DNA of 64,000 nucleotides from IMG/VR virus record IMGVR_UViG_3300020049_016021; one strand, 5' to 3'. The notes below the pieces were generated by a model that saw nothing but the letters and a program-made list of their open reading frames with translations, was not told the origin of the DNA and searched no databases. Position 1 is the first letter of the stretch; each line of letters begins with the position of its first letter. Position numbers and translations under genes: made by a program. Shown in pieces: positions 38,781-51,200 of this stretch. This DNA comes from a virus.

Positions 38781-41700
38781 TAGCAGTTATTTATTTTTTT
38801 ATAGACTTCAGTAAATTCTTCCATGGTTAGTTTTCCATCCTCTATTGCTGAAAATGTCTTTGAATCAAACATTAAAACAGAAAAGGTTTGAGATGTAACA
38901 TCTGTTATGTAGCCATAAGTGTTCTCCTTTAGATATACCACTTGGCCTACTTCTACGTCCGAAAATTCCCTAAGACTAGGAATGGTATGTTCTTTTGTTT
39001 CCTCGTTGAATGTTACCTCCACACTACCAAGAGCTCTTGGTATATTCAACTCAACTCTTCTTTGAGCTTCACTAAATCTAGTGTCGTGATTCAATGTTGC
39101 TGGTAGGTATCTATCAGAAAAACCTGTCTTTTTGTAAACAAGCCTAGCAAGAGCTCTTCTTGCATTAGGCCAAGTAGTTAGAGGTTCTAGTAATTCTTTT
39201 TCTACGTAAACATTAGCACTAGAAGGAATTTCATTTAATAACGTTATAGACTTATTTACCGCAGCTTGAACTTCTTCAGGAGTTGAATCCTTCGTAATGT
39301 GGGATAGTGGTAGTACTATACCCTCTTCTATTTCTGAAGTTGAGACTATTACATTATTCCGTTTTAGTGCCTTCTCCCTTATTTCCTTTATCTTATCTAC
39401 AACAACGGTTGTTCCAGTTCTACTTGATGTGAAAGATCCAGCCAGACTTCTGATAGCTGGAGCTACCTCGGTTTTTGTTAATGGAACCTTCGATTTAAAT
39501 CGGAGTGTGTACCTGTATTCAGTATCGGTCTGCCTTGCGTGCGTAACTTCATAGATAGTTAATTCTGTGCCGGATGCGTCTTGCCTATTAAAAGCGGCTA
39601 CTGTATCTCCTTTTTCAAGAATGTAACCATCGATAGCTTCGGTCAAAGTGCTACCTTGTATATTAGATCTATTTACTATTCTTCCATTAAACTCTAATTT
39701 ATCCAAACTAAAGGCAGTATCTATATCATTTATAGAAAATCTATAGTGAGGAGAACCCCCTGGCTCTGTTAGTTGCACATAGTATGTGTACTCACTTCCA
39801 GGAGTGTTTTTTAACATGTAGACTTCATTACCATATAAACGGATAAATCTAGGAGAATTATCTGAGAAAGGAACATTAAATTTTAAGTCAAAGTGTATCT
39901 TCTTGTCGGCGTAATTTGCAGTTCCATGGAATATCTTCTTATTTCCCCATGACATCTTTACATTTGCAATAGTCATTGGAGCAGTATCATTGCGCCTAAC
40001 CAAATCGGGTCTAGATCGAAGCATTTGAAATGTAAAGGCATCTTTTAGAAGAGATAGATTAATACCACTTCTAGCATCGTCTTTAGGTATGACTGCTTCT
40101 AGTCTTGCGTCCTGAGCATTTGAATAACCAATAGACCATTCGGCAGGGAATACAAGTGATAATCCAGTGCGTTCAAAATACATCCCGTCGCTTATAAGCG
40201 AATATTTAAATAGATCACGAGCAAAATCAGCCCAAGATGTTTCTGTTCCTGGTATTACCTCTTTATTATGTATAAGCTTTTCAAAGTCTTCCCTTATAAG
40301 TTCTAGCATCTCCTCATCACTTACCTTGTCTGCTACGATTTGAAGTTTTGTAACTTTATCTCTATTTGTTATAATCTCTAGGGCATTTAAGAACTCATTG
40401 CTAGAGTCAATACTCAGGACCTTACCGGCTGAAGAAATAAACTTTTGTCCCCAAGCTTCTTTCCCATAATAAGATTTTTTATCTGTGTGATAAACAGTAT
40501 CAGATGGAACGCTTGTGGAGAATGGGACACCATTTACATCAAAGTCTAAATCAGCACTAAGATATTTGATTAATTCTTTTGAAACCTCATCTGTCTTCTC
40601 TAGTTGATCGAACGGTGTGAATATATTAGTCTCATTTAGAAAACGATTTATAAATCCTTGCACTATCGGATTATAGACAAAGAAACTGTTTTCTAAGATC
40701 TTCTTGTAAAGAAGTAGTGCTCTATAAGCGGCTAACACGTGTGGAAGCCTAAGAGGTGTAGAATTTTCAAAGGCAGAATTATCAGAAGGCTTTATCTTTC
40801 TTGATAAACTTCTCCTAAGAATTTTGTTTACAAAAGTGGCCCTGATCTGAGCAAAATAGAAATCTGATAGATCTGGATTTTCCTTATACTTATCTAGTCT
40901 CTCTTTAAGTAGCTTTTCAGCTGTTTCCTCTGATTCTTCAAGAGCAGCCTTATATTCTGCTGATTCCCTAAAGGTTTCTGCTAGTGTTTCCACAAGTACC
41001 TTTTGTAGTTCAGCACCCCTGTTACTTTCATCTGCGAACTTGGTATATCTTTCAATCTTTCCTATTACAGAATCTACTTTCCAACGTTTGTTTGGTAATC
41101 CTCGCAAAGAACTATACACCTGGCTATGAGTAAACAATTCTTCTCCTACTGGGATAAGTTTCCTTAGGTTTGAAAGTACAACTAGATCTGAAATAAGTCT
41201 ATCGATTCCTCTTGTTTTACCTATGTATATGGAATCAAGTGTTGAGGTTTCAATCGATAATCGACCGAAAGCCATGCTTATGCCCTTCTGTTTCTGAACG
41301 GCTCCTATGAGCTTATCCGCTTGCTCAGGGTATAATTCATAAAGGCGGTTTTGCCAATTATCATCTTTTATAAGCTCATCCGTAAGCTTAACGAGTTCTT
41401 TTCTTAATTTCTCTGAAGTCCAACGCCCACCCTCACTTAGGGCAGTTACTGCTGGAGTTTTAAATATTCTAGAAACAGTATTCAACGGAAAGCCAAATCC
41501 AAGAAATGTTAAGAACAAATTAGCATTATTATTAGTAATACCTAATATGTGCAGTTTTTGCATCTTAACGTTGTCAATAGCCAAGTTGATTATTGTATCT
41601 ATGGTTTCAAATACATTCTTCTGTTTTTCATCAAGTCTGGAAAATCCAGATATAGTTGTTCCATTTACGGTGGTCTTAAAGATATCTTTTAGTCTAACAG

Positions 41701-42226
41701 CTTCTCGTTTTTGAATCCTGAACCCAATATTTTTTTGTATTAGGCCTTCTATAGTAGCTGCTTTATTTGCTACTAAAACCTTATTTAATTCGGTACTGCC
41801 TGCCATATAGACAAAGTTATCAGGACCAATTACAGATTCTATTGGAGTTGTACTTAGAAGATATGAAAACATCTTACCAAAGTTGGCCGCAATACCAGTA
41901 AGAGAGATACCAGAATAGGTATTATATCTTATCTGTTCTTGAGCACTGAAGTCTGTTAATTGTCCTTGTGCTGTTAAAGCGGCATCAACTTCTTCTTGAC
42001 TTTGAAAAGCCCTAACTTCTTTGTTATTTTTTTGGCTTTCAAGAGCAGCCCAAACTTCTGATAAAGAAGGTTCTTGAGCGTATGGATCATACCGTTCTAT
42101 TAGTGTTTCAGCAAGAGGAGAAAGGGGCTCAGTACTTAAGCCCCCTAATCCATTCTCGAAAACAAACGCCCTAAATTCCTCTACAGAGAATTCTTTTTCG
42201 TTTACAATTATTTTACAATCTAGCAT
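38780..42226 (-). CDS. Large virion-associated protein (1148 aa), function unknown
   Basis: Uninterrupted 1148-aa ORF; ATG overlaps the stop of the 4095-aa gene. Confidence 0.65.
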   Translation of the reverse strand: MLDCKIIVNEKEFSVEEFRAFVFENGLGGLSTEPLSPLAETLIERYDPYAQEPSLSEVWAALESQKNNKEVRAFQSQEEVDAALTAQGQLTDFSAQEQIRYNTYSGISLTGIAANFGKMFSYLLSTTPIESVIGPDNFVYMAGSTELNKVLVANKAATIEGLIQKNIGFRIQKREAVRLKDIFKTTVNGTTISGFSRLDEKQKNVFETIDTIINLAIDNVKMQKLHILGITNNNANLFLTFLGFGFPLNTVSRIFKTPAVTALSEGGRWTSEKLRKELVKLTDELIKDDNWQNRLYELYPEQADKLIGAVQKQKGISMAFGRLSIETSTLDSIYIGKTRGIDRLISDLVVLSNLRKLIPVGEELFTHSQVYSSLRGLPNKRWKVDSVIGKIERYTKFADESNRGAELQKVLVETLAETFRESAEYKAALEESEETAEKLLKERLDKYKENPDLSDFYFAQIRATFVNKILRRSLSRKIKPSDNSAFENSTPLRLPHVLAAYRALLLYKKILENSFFVYNPIVQGFINRFLNETNIFTPFDQLEKTDEVSKELIKYLSADLDFDVNGVPFSTSVPSDTVYHTDKKSYYGKEAWGQKFISSAGKVLSIDSSNEFLNALEIITNRDKVTKLQIVADKVSDEEMLELIREDFEKLIHNKEVIPGTETSWADFARDLFKYSLISDGMYFERTGLSLVFPAEWSIGYSNAQDARLEAVIPKDDARSGINLSLLKDAFTFQMLRSRPDLVRRNDTAPMTIANVKMSWGNKKIFHGTANYADKKIHFDLKFNVPFSDNSPRFIRLYGNEVYMLKNTPGSEYTYYVQLTEPGGSPHYRFSINDIDTAFSLDKLEFNGRIVNRSNIQGSTLTEAIDGYILEKGDTVAAFNRQDASGTELTIYEVTHARQTDTEYRYTLRFKSKVPLTKTEVAPAIRSLAGSFTSSRTGTTVVVDKIKEIREKALKRNNVIVSTSEIEEGIVLPLSHITKDSTPEEVQAAVNKSITLLNEIPSSANVYVEKELLEPLTTWPNARRALARLVYKKTGFSDRYLPATLNHDTRFSEAQRRVELNIPRALGSVEVTFNEETKEHTIPSLREFSDVEVGQVVYLKENTYGYITDVTSQTFSVLMFDSKTFSAIEDGKLTMEEFTEVYKKINNC

Positions 42227-45200
42227 TTTATTTTAATTAAACCGGACTCTGCGAGTTTCTTATAGAATGAAGAATTAATATCATCAGTTAATAAGTTGGA
42301 AAGCTCTTTTTGCATTCTATGCCTATTGCGCACAACATCTTCAAATGAGATAGGAGTTAAAAGATCCTTTCTATTTTTCATCTCAAGAAGATTAGTTGCA
42401 AAGTTATGAACAATGTCATTTTTGGCAACTGTTTCAGTTGTTGCATTTAGTTTTGAAAGCTTATCATTTAAATCCTTTAATTTGGCATTCAGCTGGCTTC
42501 GTTCTGCATAGGTAGCCCCCGCCATCTGACTTGTTAACAGATTGATTTGTTGACTGATAGATACTACTTTAGACGTCAAATAGTCACGCAATTTTGCTCC
42601 TTCAATAGTGATAGGTTTTCCATTTAGGTAACCATAGGCTTCCCCTACTGGAGTTACAAGATCAGGATTATAAACATGGGAAGGATCAACGCTACTTAAA
42701 ATAGTATTTAAATCTAGCGCTTCCTTCATATCATTGTAGTCTTTTCTAATAACAAACAAACTGTCTACGTCATAGTCAGAACCATGGTAGTATACTATAA
42801 GAGAAGGGGCGATTATAATGTTTCCTTGAGAAGCCGCAGACTTAGGATAAAAACCAACTACCTTCATTGGTAATAATGAGTGATAGTTAGTAGTAGGAAT
42901 CCTAAAACCAACTAAGCCATTAGAGAGCCCAAGAACATCACCAACAGTCATATAAGCAGCATACTCTTCAGGTAAGATTACTTCGCAGTAACCCTCTGAG
43001 TCGCGCCACTTTAGATTACGCATTTCTTTCGAACCGTCTGGATTAGTAATTTCGACTGGTCCAAGATCCGCTTGTAAAACTAACTTTGAGCCTTTAAATC
43101 TGAATCCTGTTGTTGCGGCTGTTATCATGGAACCTATACTAGAAACTACACGATCAGCTATTAACGGGAGATTGAAAGAAGCTTTTTGTTTTTTGGATTC
43201 TGTTTTTAGAATTTCATAAACATCCTTTGCTCCATCAAGACCGTCTAGGTTTTCAATTAACTTTGCCCTTAATAAGTTTTCAGAAGCAGCTGTTAAAGTG
43301 CCCTTGCTAGTTAGCCTTAAATCTCTTGAGACTTGCCTAACACCATTATCTATGATTGTAGCACTTGCTAAGTGTAGATCATAAATTTCATGTGTATTCT
43401 CTCCGTTTGTGTCCTGCATAGCGGTAGCCTGTGAAGGGGCTGCTACGCTTGTTTCTACACTGTGGGCTGGGTTCAACTGGAAACGTAGATTCTCATTGTT
43501 TAATGTAATGAAAGATCCTTCTGATATACTATTCGTATGTATTCGACCATCCTCTCCAAGTTTGGCTGGACTAGCAGGTCTACCAATCTTTACACCAGAT
43601 TTGAAAACCATCTGATCTGCTTTCGCATTACGCATGGCCTCTCTATAGGTGGCAAGATGAGGAAAGGCAGCAACAAGTTCGTCAGTCAAGACTTTAACAG
43701 AATATTTTACGGCTGTTGGAACACCCTTTTCTATGGAGAAATATACGGGCTTTAATACTGTATCAACAAGAGCATCAGCTCCATAAGCAGAAGCAATCTT
43801 TTCATAGAACTCTGGTAGCATAAATCCTTCAGCATCTGAAGCTTCGTAGTCAGCTCCGTAGGAAGCATTGATAGCAGCTTCTAGGTCTTCTGGAATCTCT
43901 CTTACTAAGTCTTCGACAACCAATACTTTGGATTCTTTAGGGAGCCCGTGTACAGCATCTATTAGCATAGTGTCCCCAGTAGCAGTTACTATCTGAATAC
44001 GTTTTGTTTGTTCTTCCTTGTTAGCGAAGAAAGCCTCGTCACCATAAATAATTTGAGATAAAGAATACTGGTTTATTATGAAATTAAAGTAGAAACTTTC
44101 TATTAGTTTTTCAACTATTTGATTTCTTTTTTCAAAATAATTATTTAATTCTTCATCACTCATGTTACGTTTCCATTCGGGAGCAGTTCCAATATTCAGT
44201 ATGCTAGCCGCAGCTTTTAAATCCTTGTCGGAAATAGGTACCTTAGCATTTTTCTCTGGTAATCTGATGAAAGCAGGCAATAGTTCTGCTACCTTAGTAG
44301 TTACGTGTTTCTTTACTGCCTCAATAGCTTCAGTAGTTGAAAGATCTTTTGTTGAACCAGTCAGTCCCGCAAATCTCCAAGATTGGTAATTCTTAGCATA
44401 TGTTGGATTATTTCCAAGTAACTTTGGATCAGGTCTATTTTTTTGAGCGTTGATAATAGCTAGTAAAGCTTTATCTATCTGTGCTCCTTTTAATACTGAA
44501 ACCTCTACATTAGCAATGGTCGTTCTATTTGATGGAATAGGCAGAGCTTGATAGTATTTTCCTCTTGAAGCCGCTACTCTAGAAATAAAATTACCTACTA
44601 TGTGGCGCTTTCTAAAGTCATTTAAATTTTCTTTGCGAAGGAATTTAGCGAAGCGCTCATTCCCTTTTTGTTTCCATGAATCATGTTCATTATACGAGAA
44701 CAGCGTGTTTAGACCGTTAAAGAAAATATTAGAAGATAGGAATGGATCGGTGCTTTTCACTTTTCCATTTTGTACAGAAAAAGTATCAAAACTCTTGGCT
44801 GGTCGTCCCTGTAAAGCATTTTCGAGACTTGTCAGTAGATCTGTCTGGTAGGAAGAATCAATCCATCCAAAAGCTTTTTTACCGTCGCCTCTTGTATAGG
44901 AGTGAGTTTCACCTAAAGCAAAGTGGGAATTCAACATATCTGTTAATTCATCAATAAAGCTTCCCTCATTTTCTAACAGAGTTTCACCACTTCTAGCTTC
45001 TTGATATTCTTCTTCAGTTTCGTAGTCTGTCTTCTCTGTTGCATAACCAGCCTGCAATTTTGGAGCAACAAGTTTTAAACGTTCAAAAAATAACTCAACA
45101 CTCCTAGCAGAAGCATCTGTTATTCTTTTATGGACATCTATAAGATTAAGAAACTCCTTTATAAGGCTTCTTTTCTCTTCTATTGTTTTTACATTTGTAT

Positions 45201-48200
45201 TATAAAGTTTGTCCATGAATTCCTGAGGAAAGAGTTTCTTTTCCTTGGCCTCAAGACGGGTTTCTACATATTTATTAAAGAAGAAGCGGAGATTAGCTTC
45301 ATGGGCTCTTTTACCTCCACCTGCTTTTATTATGTAGTTTATTACTTTATAAATACCAAAATCCCAACGCTCAATGAAGGCTAATGGCTTACTTTTTCTC
45401 AAGGATGCTACAGCTGCCAGTAAGCTCTTTAAAAAGTCCATATCTTCAAACAAGTAGTATGCTTGTCCTACTGAACTATATGGGACTCGTACCTTATTAG
45501 CTAAGAGCTCAATGAAGCTGTGTGTAGTGCTTTGTTGATGTTCAACACCATACTTTGTAGGAAATTGCTTTGCTGTATGTAAGGTTACTTCTTCAACAGA
45601 CGAACCATCTAAAGAGTAAATCGCATACACCCCCTTAAAGGTTGCGTCTTTTCTAAAAGAAATATTCTTTAGTCTGTTCGGAGCATCTAACTTTGTCTCT
45701 ATGTCGTGAAACAAATTCAACATAGCGTTTCCTGTAGCCCAACGGATATTAGGTTTACTTCTTATTCCTTGGAATTCTTTAAAGTTGTGTTTCAAAGCTT
45801 CCAATGCCCCTCTTATAGAATGCTTAGGAATTGAAGCAATACGTTCTAGCAAAAATGAATAGGCCCTGTTTAAGTCTGCATAATCTTCTTTACCGTTTTT
45901 CCAGTACTTTATTGTGATTAACCTTTGCTTTATTGCGCCCGTTAATTTTACGTGAGGATCAACAAGCATAGAGTCAAATGTCTCGGCTCGTAGGGCATCA
46001 AGTTCAGAAGTTAGCGACTCTGGTGTGTCAACATTTTCTTCGTTACCTTCTTCTACTTCTGCTGGAGCGCCTTCTAAGAGAGCGGCTAGTTTAGCTTCTT
46101 TCTCTTCTATATCCTTTAATTTAATTGCATCCAGTACTTTCAGAACAGCTCCTCTAGTTTGTGTTTGTCCAAAGTAGTGATTTACAAGCTTTCTCCAAAG
46201 ACCTCCATTTTTTAAGATCTTTGCGAGCGTGGCTCTAAGCTGAGCAGCTTCTTCCTGCGTATAAGTAATGCCTGCTGAAAACTTACTAGGACTTTCTACA
46301 AAATCCTTCATTCGTTCTACTACAGACTCAAGAATTTCACTTTGACTCAATACTCGAGTAGTCGGCCGATTCCTTTGAATTTCAGAATAAGCAGCTAAAA
46401 TAAATGTTTTTGCTTGATGATATTCTGTGTAAGAATTAAATTCTGAGCGCAGATTCATCGCAGCTCTTTCAACTAATGGTGTCTCTCGTTGCTTAAAATA
46501 GAAAGCCTTGTTATCTATCAGATTAAAGAAATTCTCTACGCTGCTTAGATTATTATAGGTAAATCCTAAAAGACGTTTCAACTTATTCCAAAGAATCTCA
46601 AAGATATTAGATGTCTTTGTTTTGACAAATGTCTCAAAACTCTCGGCTAATTTCTCTTCTAATTCTACAACCCCTAATTCCCCATAAACCTCACGAGCAA
46701 GATTTAAAGCCTGCACCTGTTCAGCTGGAGTAAGGTATTCCCAAAATACTTTGTGAAATAATTCGTGTCTTACAACTCTAGAAGAGATCTTACCATTTGC
46801 TAATCTAGCAAAGCTAGTTATCCCGTTTTTATAGAGCCCCCAGACAGTTTCCCCTCTAGCATTGACAAGTTGCCCGTATTCCAATATTTGATATAATTCT
46901 CCTTTCTTGTTAGAGAAGAGGCTTTTCAAGAATTGAATAGGTGTTTTTCCTGTGAATCTACCCACGTAATTATCAACATCTACGTCGGAAAACTCTTCAC
47001 CAAGATTTTCACCTAAGAATCTCTTTGAACGTTCAGTATGAATTGCTTCCAATAACTTTGTGACCCCTTCCATGGGATCATCAGGATTTATCGAAAGCAC
47101 CTTATCTCTATATTCGAAATTAGATTGGAATACATCTTCGAACTCTTCAGCTGGTGAATCAGATAATGCCACCAACTTCTCTAAGTAATCCGAGAATCCA
47201 GTAGGAACATCTAAACTTTCAGCATCAAAAGCCTGCACAGTTGGTAAGGCAGAACCTTCTCTTGCTTTTTTTCTAAGAGCAGAGCTAATAGGTATTAACT
47301 GGTCAAAGATGTCGTAGAGATCTTCTAGCTCTGTATAGGTTATACGCTCGGTTAATCCAGCCTGCTGTGCAAGTGTGTTGTAGTGATTTATAACTTCTTG
47401 TAATTTTTGTCTTACAATAGCTTCGTCAGCTTCAAACTCATAAATCAAGCTTTCTAAGTCATTATCAAATCTAGCTCTATCAAACTTCTTACCTGAATAA
47501 TAGTCCGTCCGTGCAAAGTCTGCAATCGTAAATACCTCTTGTTCATTAATAGCATTCAAAATTCTCGTAAGAACAGAAGCTCTAATGAAGTCTCTAGAAG
47601 CAACGTCGCCTTGGTTTCGTCCTGTATCTTTGACATCTAAGGATGTTTCAAGATCTGCTTTAATATTATCGAGAGCAGTGCTTTCTTGTTTTGCGACGTC
47701 CTTTAGGGCAGTGATTATAGCAACATTTTGTGTTACATATAATTGGCTTTGAGCGTGAGCCTCTCTATATTTTTCGACAGCTTCAATTAGCGAAATAGCT
47801 CCCAAACCGCTAACAAATTCCCCAGTAGCCTTCTGGCTAAATTCTTTTGTTATGGCTTGTTCAATAGTTTTAGTGCTTGTTTCCTTAGAAAACTCCTCAA
47901 TCCTTCTTTTCAATCGAATTAGTTCAGAGCGCTCTACTCTTTGTTGTTCTTGCTCAAGTGGACTTGTTACTCCAGCTTCTAAGGCAACATCTATGACGGT
48001 GTGGCGTACTCCTGTAAAATGTGTAGTCACCAACTCTAAGGGTAGATTCTCTAAGGCTGTCTCAGCGCTCACATCAAAACTCTTTGGTAGAGGAGTTCTC
48101 AATCCAAATCCTTCTGAAATATTACTAAAGGTGCCTGTTTTATCCTGTCCTTCTAAGAACACATCCTTTAAGTCCTCTAAGCTTATTGGAGAAAGGTGTT

Positions 48201-51200
48201 TATTTCCTGGAGTCTCTAAGAGCTCATTTATGAAATGAAATCTTGGTGTGCCGGCTTTTCCCCTTCTTACTAAAGAACCCCTATAAGCTTCTAATCGGTT
48301 TAGTAGCGCAGAGTTTATTTTTGGATTATAGGCTAATCCTTTCTTCCTAGTAAATTTAATAGGACCAAGCAAACTGATACCCTTGGTATCTTTTACGTCC
48401 TTCTCTTCATCTAATACTTTGTAGTCTCTTAGAATTATATTCTTACCATTATGTGTTGTAATTACTAAATTCTGACTACCAATGGAGTCCATTATTAGTT
48501 GAGCTTCTCCTTTATAGGATCTTCTCTTACCAGCTTCAATATTACCATGCACCAAGAAATCTAACTCGGATGCAAGCTCTAGTAGTTTCTTAGGAATCTT
48601 CTTCCCATCAACATCGGGAAACAACTTATTTAGAGCCGGCGCAGGAGATAATTTCAATGTAGCCTCCTTACCTTCAACAAGAGCCGTGTGTGTATTAGAA
48701 AGGTGTGTGATAAGCTCGTGAAAAGGAAAATACTTCTCCCCAGCAATATCCACCATGCCCCCTAGTTTTAATGTAGAGTAAGCTCCTGGTAATTTACTAC
48801 TTGCCAACGCTTTCTCAAATTGTTCTAGTGTCTTTATGAATTTTACAAGGGGCTCTATATTTGTGGTCTTTGTATTTAAGACTGTTGGAGCGAGACGAAT
48901 GAACTGTGTCTTTACAACCTTACCAGTTGTAGTTCGTAGTCCGTGTATCATCATATAAGGAGGACCTATTTGAGGTCTATCCTCTATTGAGGTAGCATCC
49001 GGAAACCATCTATCAAGATCCTTTGCAGACTTAAACACGCCTATAGTGACATGCTTTGCAGGATTGGCTAGTATTTCTGAATAGTTCTCTAATTGCTCAT
49101 CACCACTAGGACCCCACATCTCATTCAAATACTTTCTCAGAAGAGGGATATCTGTTATCTTTCCACTATTAGCATCTCTTGCAAGAGAGGAAAAATCTTC
49201 CGTTGGCTCTTCACCGTACAGGTATTGGAGAGGTGCACTGCTGGCTTGGTTTATGATCTCTATACTATCAAGACCAGGAGACCTAAATACACCTGGAGTA
49301 GCTGTAGAAGAAAGTGTTGAGGGTTGGAGTGTTTGTAGGGAAATCCCTAAATTTTCCTCTAACCTCCTATTTTCAGATTCTCCTAATACTGCTATTCTTT
49401 CAAAAAGATCACCTCCAAGTTTTCGTAGAATAACGTATCTACTTGCTGGTGTACCATCCTTTTTTGGAGTACGGTCTAAGGCGATTTGAAGCACTTCTCC
49501 AGGAACTAGTGGGTTAATGCCGTCTCTACCTTGGTCATGCTTAAATGTTGCATTAGTTGGATGAAGAAGTCTATGGGCTCCTTGCACAACGGGCTGCTGT
49601 GGTGGAGTATCTATAGGAATATCTTCTTCCCAAGTTATATCTTCTTCCTCTTCTTCTTTCTCCTTTTTAGGCTTACTTTCTGGTACTGGAGCTTCTTCAG
49701 AAGGAACAGCAACATCAGTTAATGCTTCTAAAATCTTTATGCGTTCATCTAAAAGCTTTAAGACTTCTTCAGCTGTTCTTGTAGTTTTTGGTTGTGCTGC
49801 TATAGTTGGGTCAACTATGTGGGAAGCCTTTGGGACATTAGACAGATGTGCATATTTTCTTGCTCTTGATAAAGCTGTATATACCCACTGATTATATACT
49901 TCTACGTTCTCAAAATTTACCTGATCCCCTTTAGTAATGTCCACATAAACCTCGTCTCTAACAATACCTGCTGCTTCCGGTACCATCAGAACAGTAGCAT
50001 CCGGAAGAGAAGCTTGATATTGAGCTTGCTTTGCTTTACTTCCAACCAGTATAATCCTTGTCCTAGCCGGATTGCTTCTTACAGAACGTTTGTAACTATC
50101 TACAATAGAGTTGCCTGTTTCTGCAAATGAGCCCTCTATCTCTTCAGCTGATAAGGAGATATCCTTTGAAGAAGATGAATTATGTTCAACTACTTCTTCC
50201 TTACTTTTGTATTGATTCTGAAGATCTATTAACTCATCTAAGTCTGCTCTGTAAGTAGCCGATAAGGGTGATATTTGTAGCAAGTTCTCTACTAAAGGTA
50301 ATCCCGTAACAGCTGTTATTGGCCTTCTTCCTGTCTCAAATGCCTCTTTTACCGCTTTATCCCCATTATGATACTCAGTTTCAGTAGCTGAAAAGTTATC
50401 ATAAAATTCAAGATCTAGTGCTGGTCTACCGACGTTTCCTGGTGTTACTTGGTTTGGGTCATATAGAAACAAATACTTAACCTGTGCCTCTTCGTTTAGA
50501 GTATTGTACTTAGCAACAGCAGAAGCAAACTTGTTTATGGTTTCAATAGTAAGACCCCCAGCTTCGTCTATGATGATGGTTCTCACCTTACCTAGAGTAT
50601 CGGACTCTAGTTTAGCTATTATTTGTTCAATAGTGTTGGTGTTGTCAGGATTACCAAGACTTTCTGCAATGTTCTCGGCAGCTAGTTGATATGGAGCCGC
50701 TGAAATAATTTCCTCATCCTTTAGGCCTAGCACGTGCTTCAACAACTTAGATACTACTAAGGATTTTCCTGCTCCCGCTGGAGCTCTTAAAGCTGCGCCA
50801 GCAGAATATAATTTTCCTGAATTTTTTGGGGTAGAGAAGAAAGTAGCCAATTCCCTAGCAACCCTGATTTGTGCTGAAGAAGGTAGTGGAAGTAGCGGAT
50901 TGTTCTTTATGAACTTCCTGATCTTTGAAAGAAATTCAACATGGTTAAATCCACCTTCAGCGGCCAATTGAATATGTTGCAGAGCTGTTAACTGCGCCTG
51001 TAGTTTTACAAGAGCAGCTAGTTCTTCCTTCGTTGCGTTACCAACATAGTTACCAAGAGCAGTATTAAAATCAACAATATCATAGTTTTTATTAAAATTG
51101 ACTAAGGGATCTATATTCTGCTTTGGTAGAGGATTTAATTTCTCCTTAGCCTCTAATATACGTAGTACTTCTAAAAATCCGCGACTAGGATTGTCTAATA

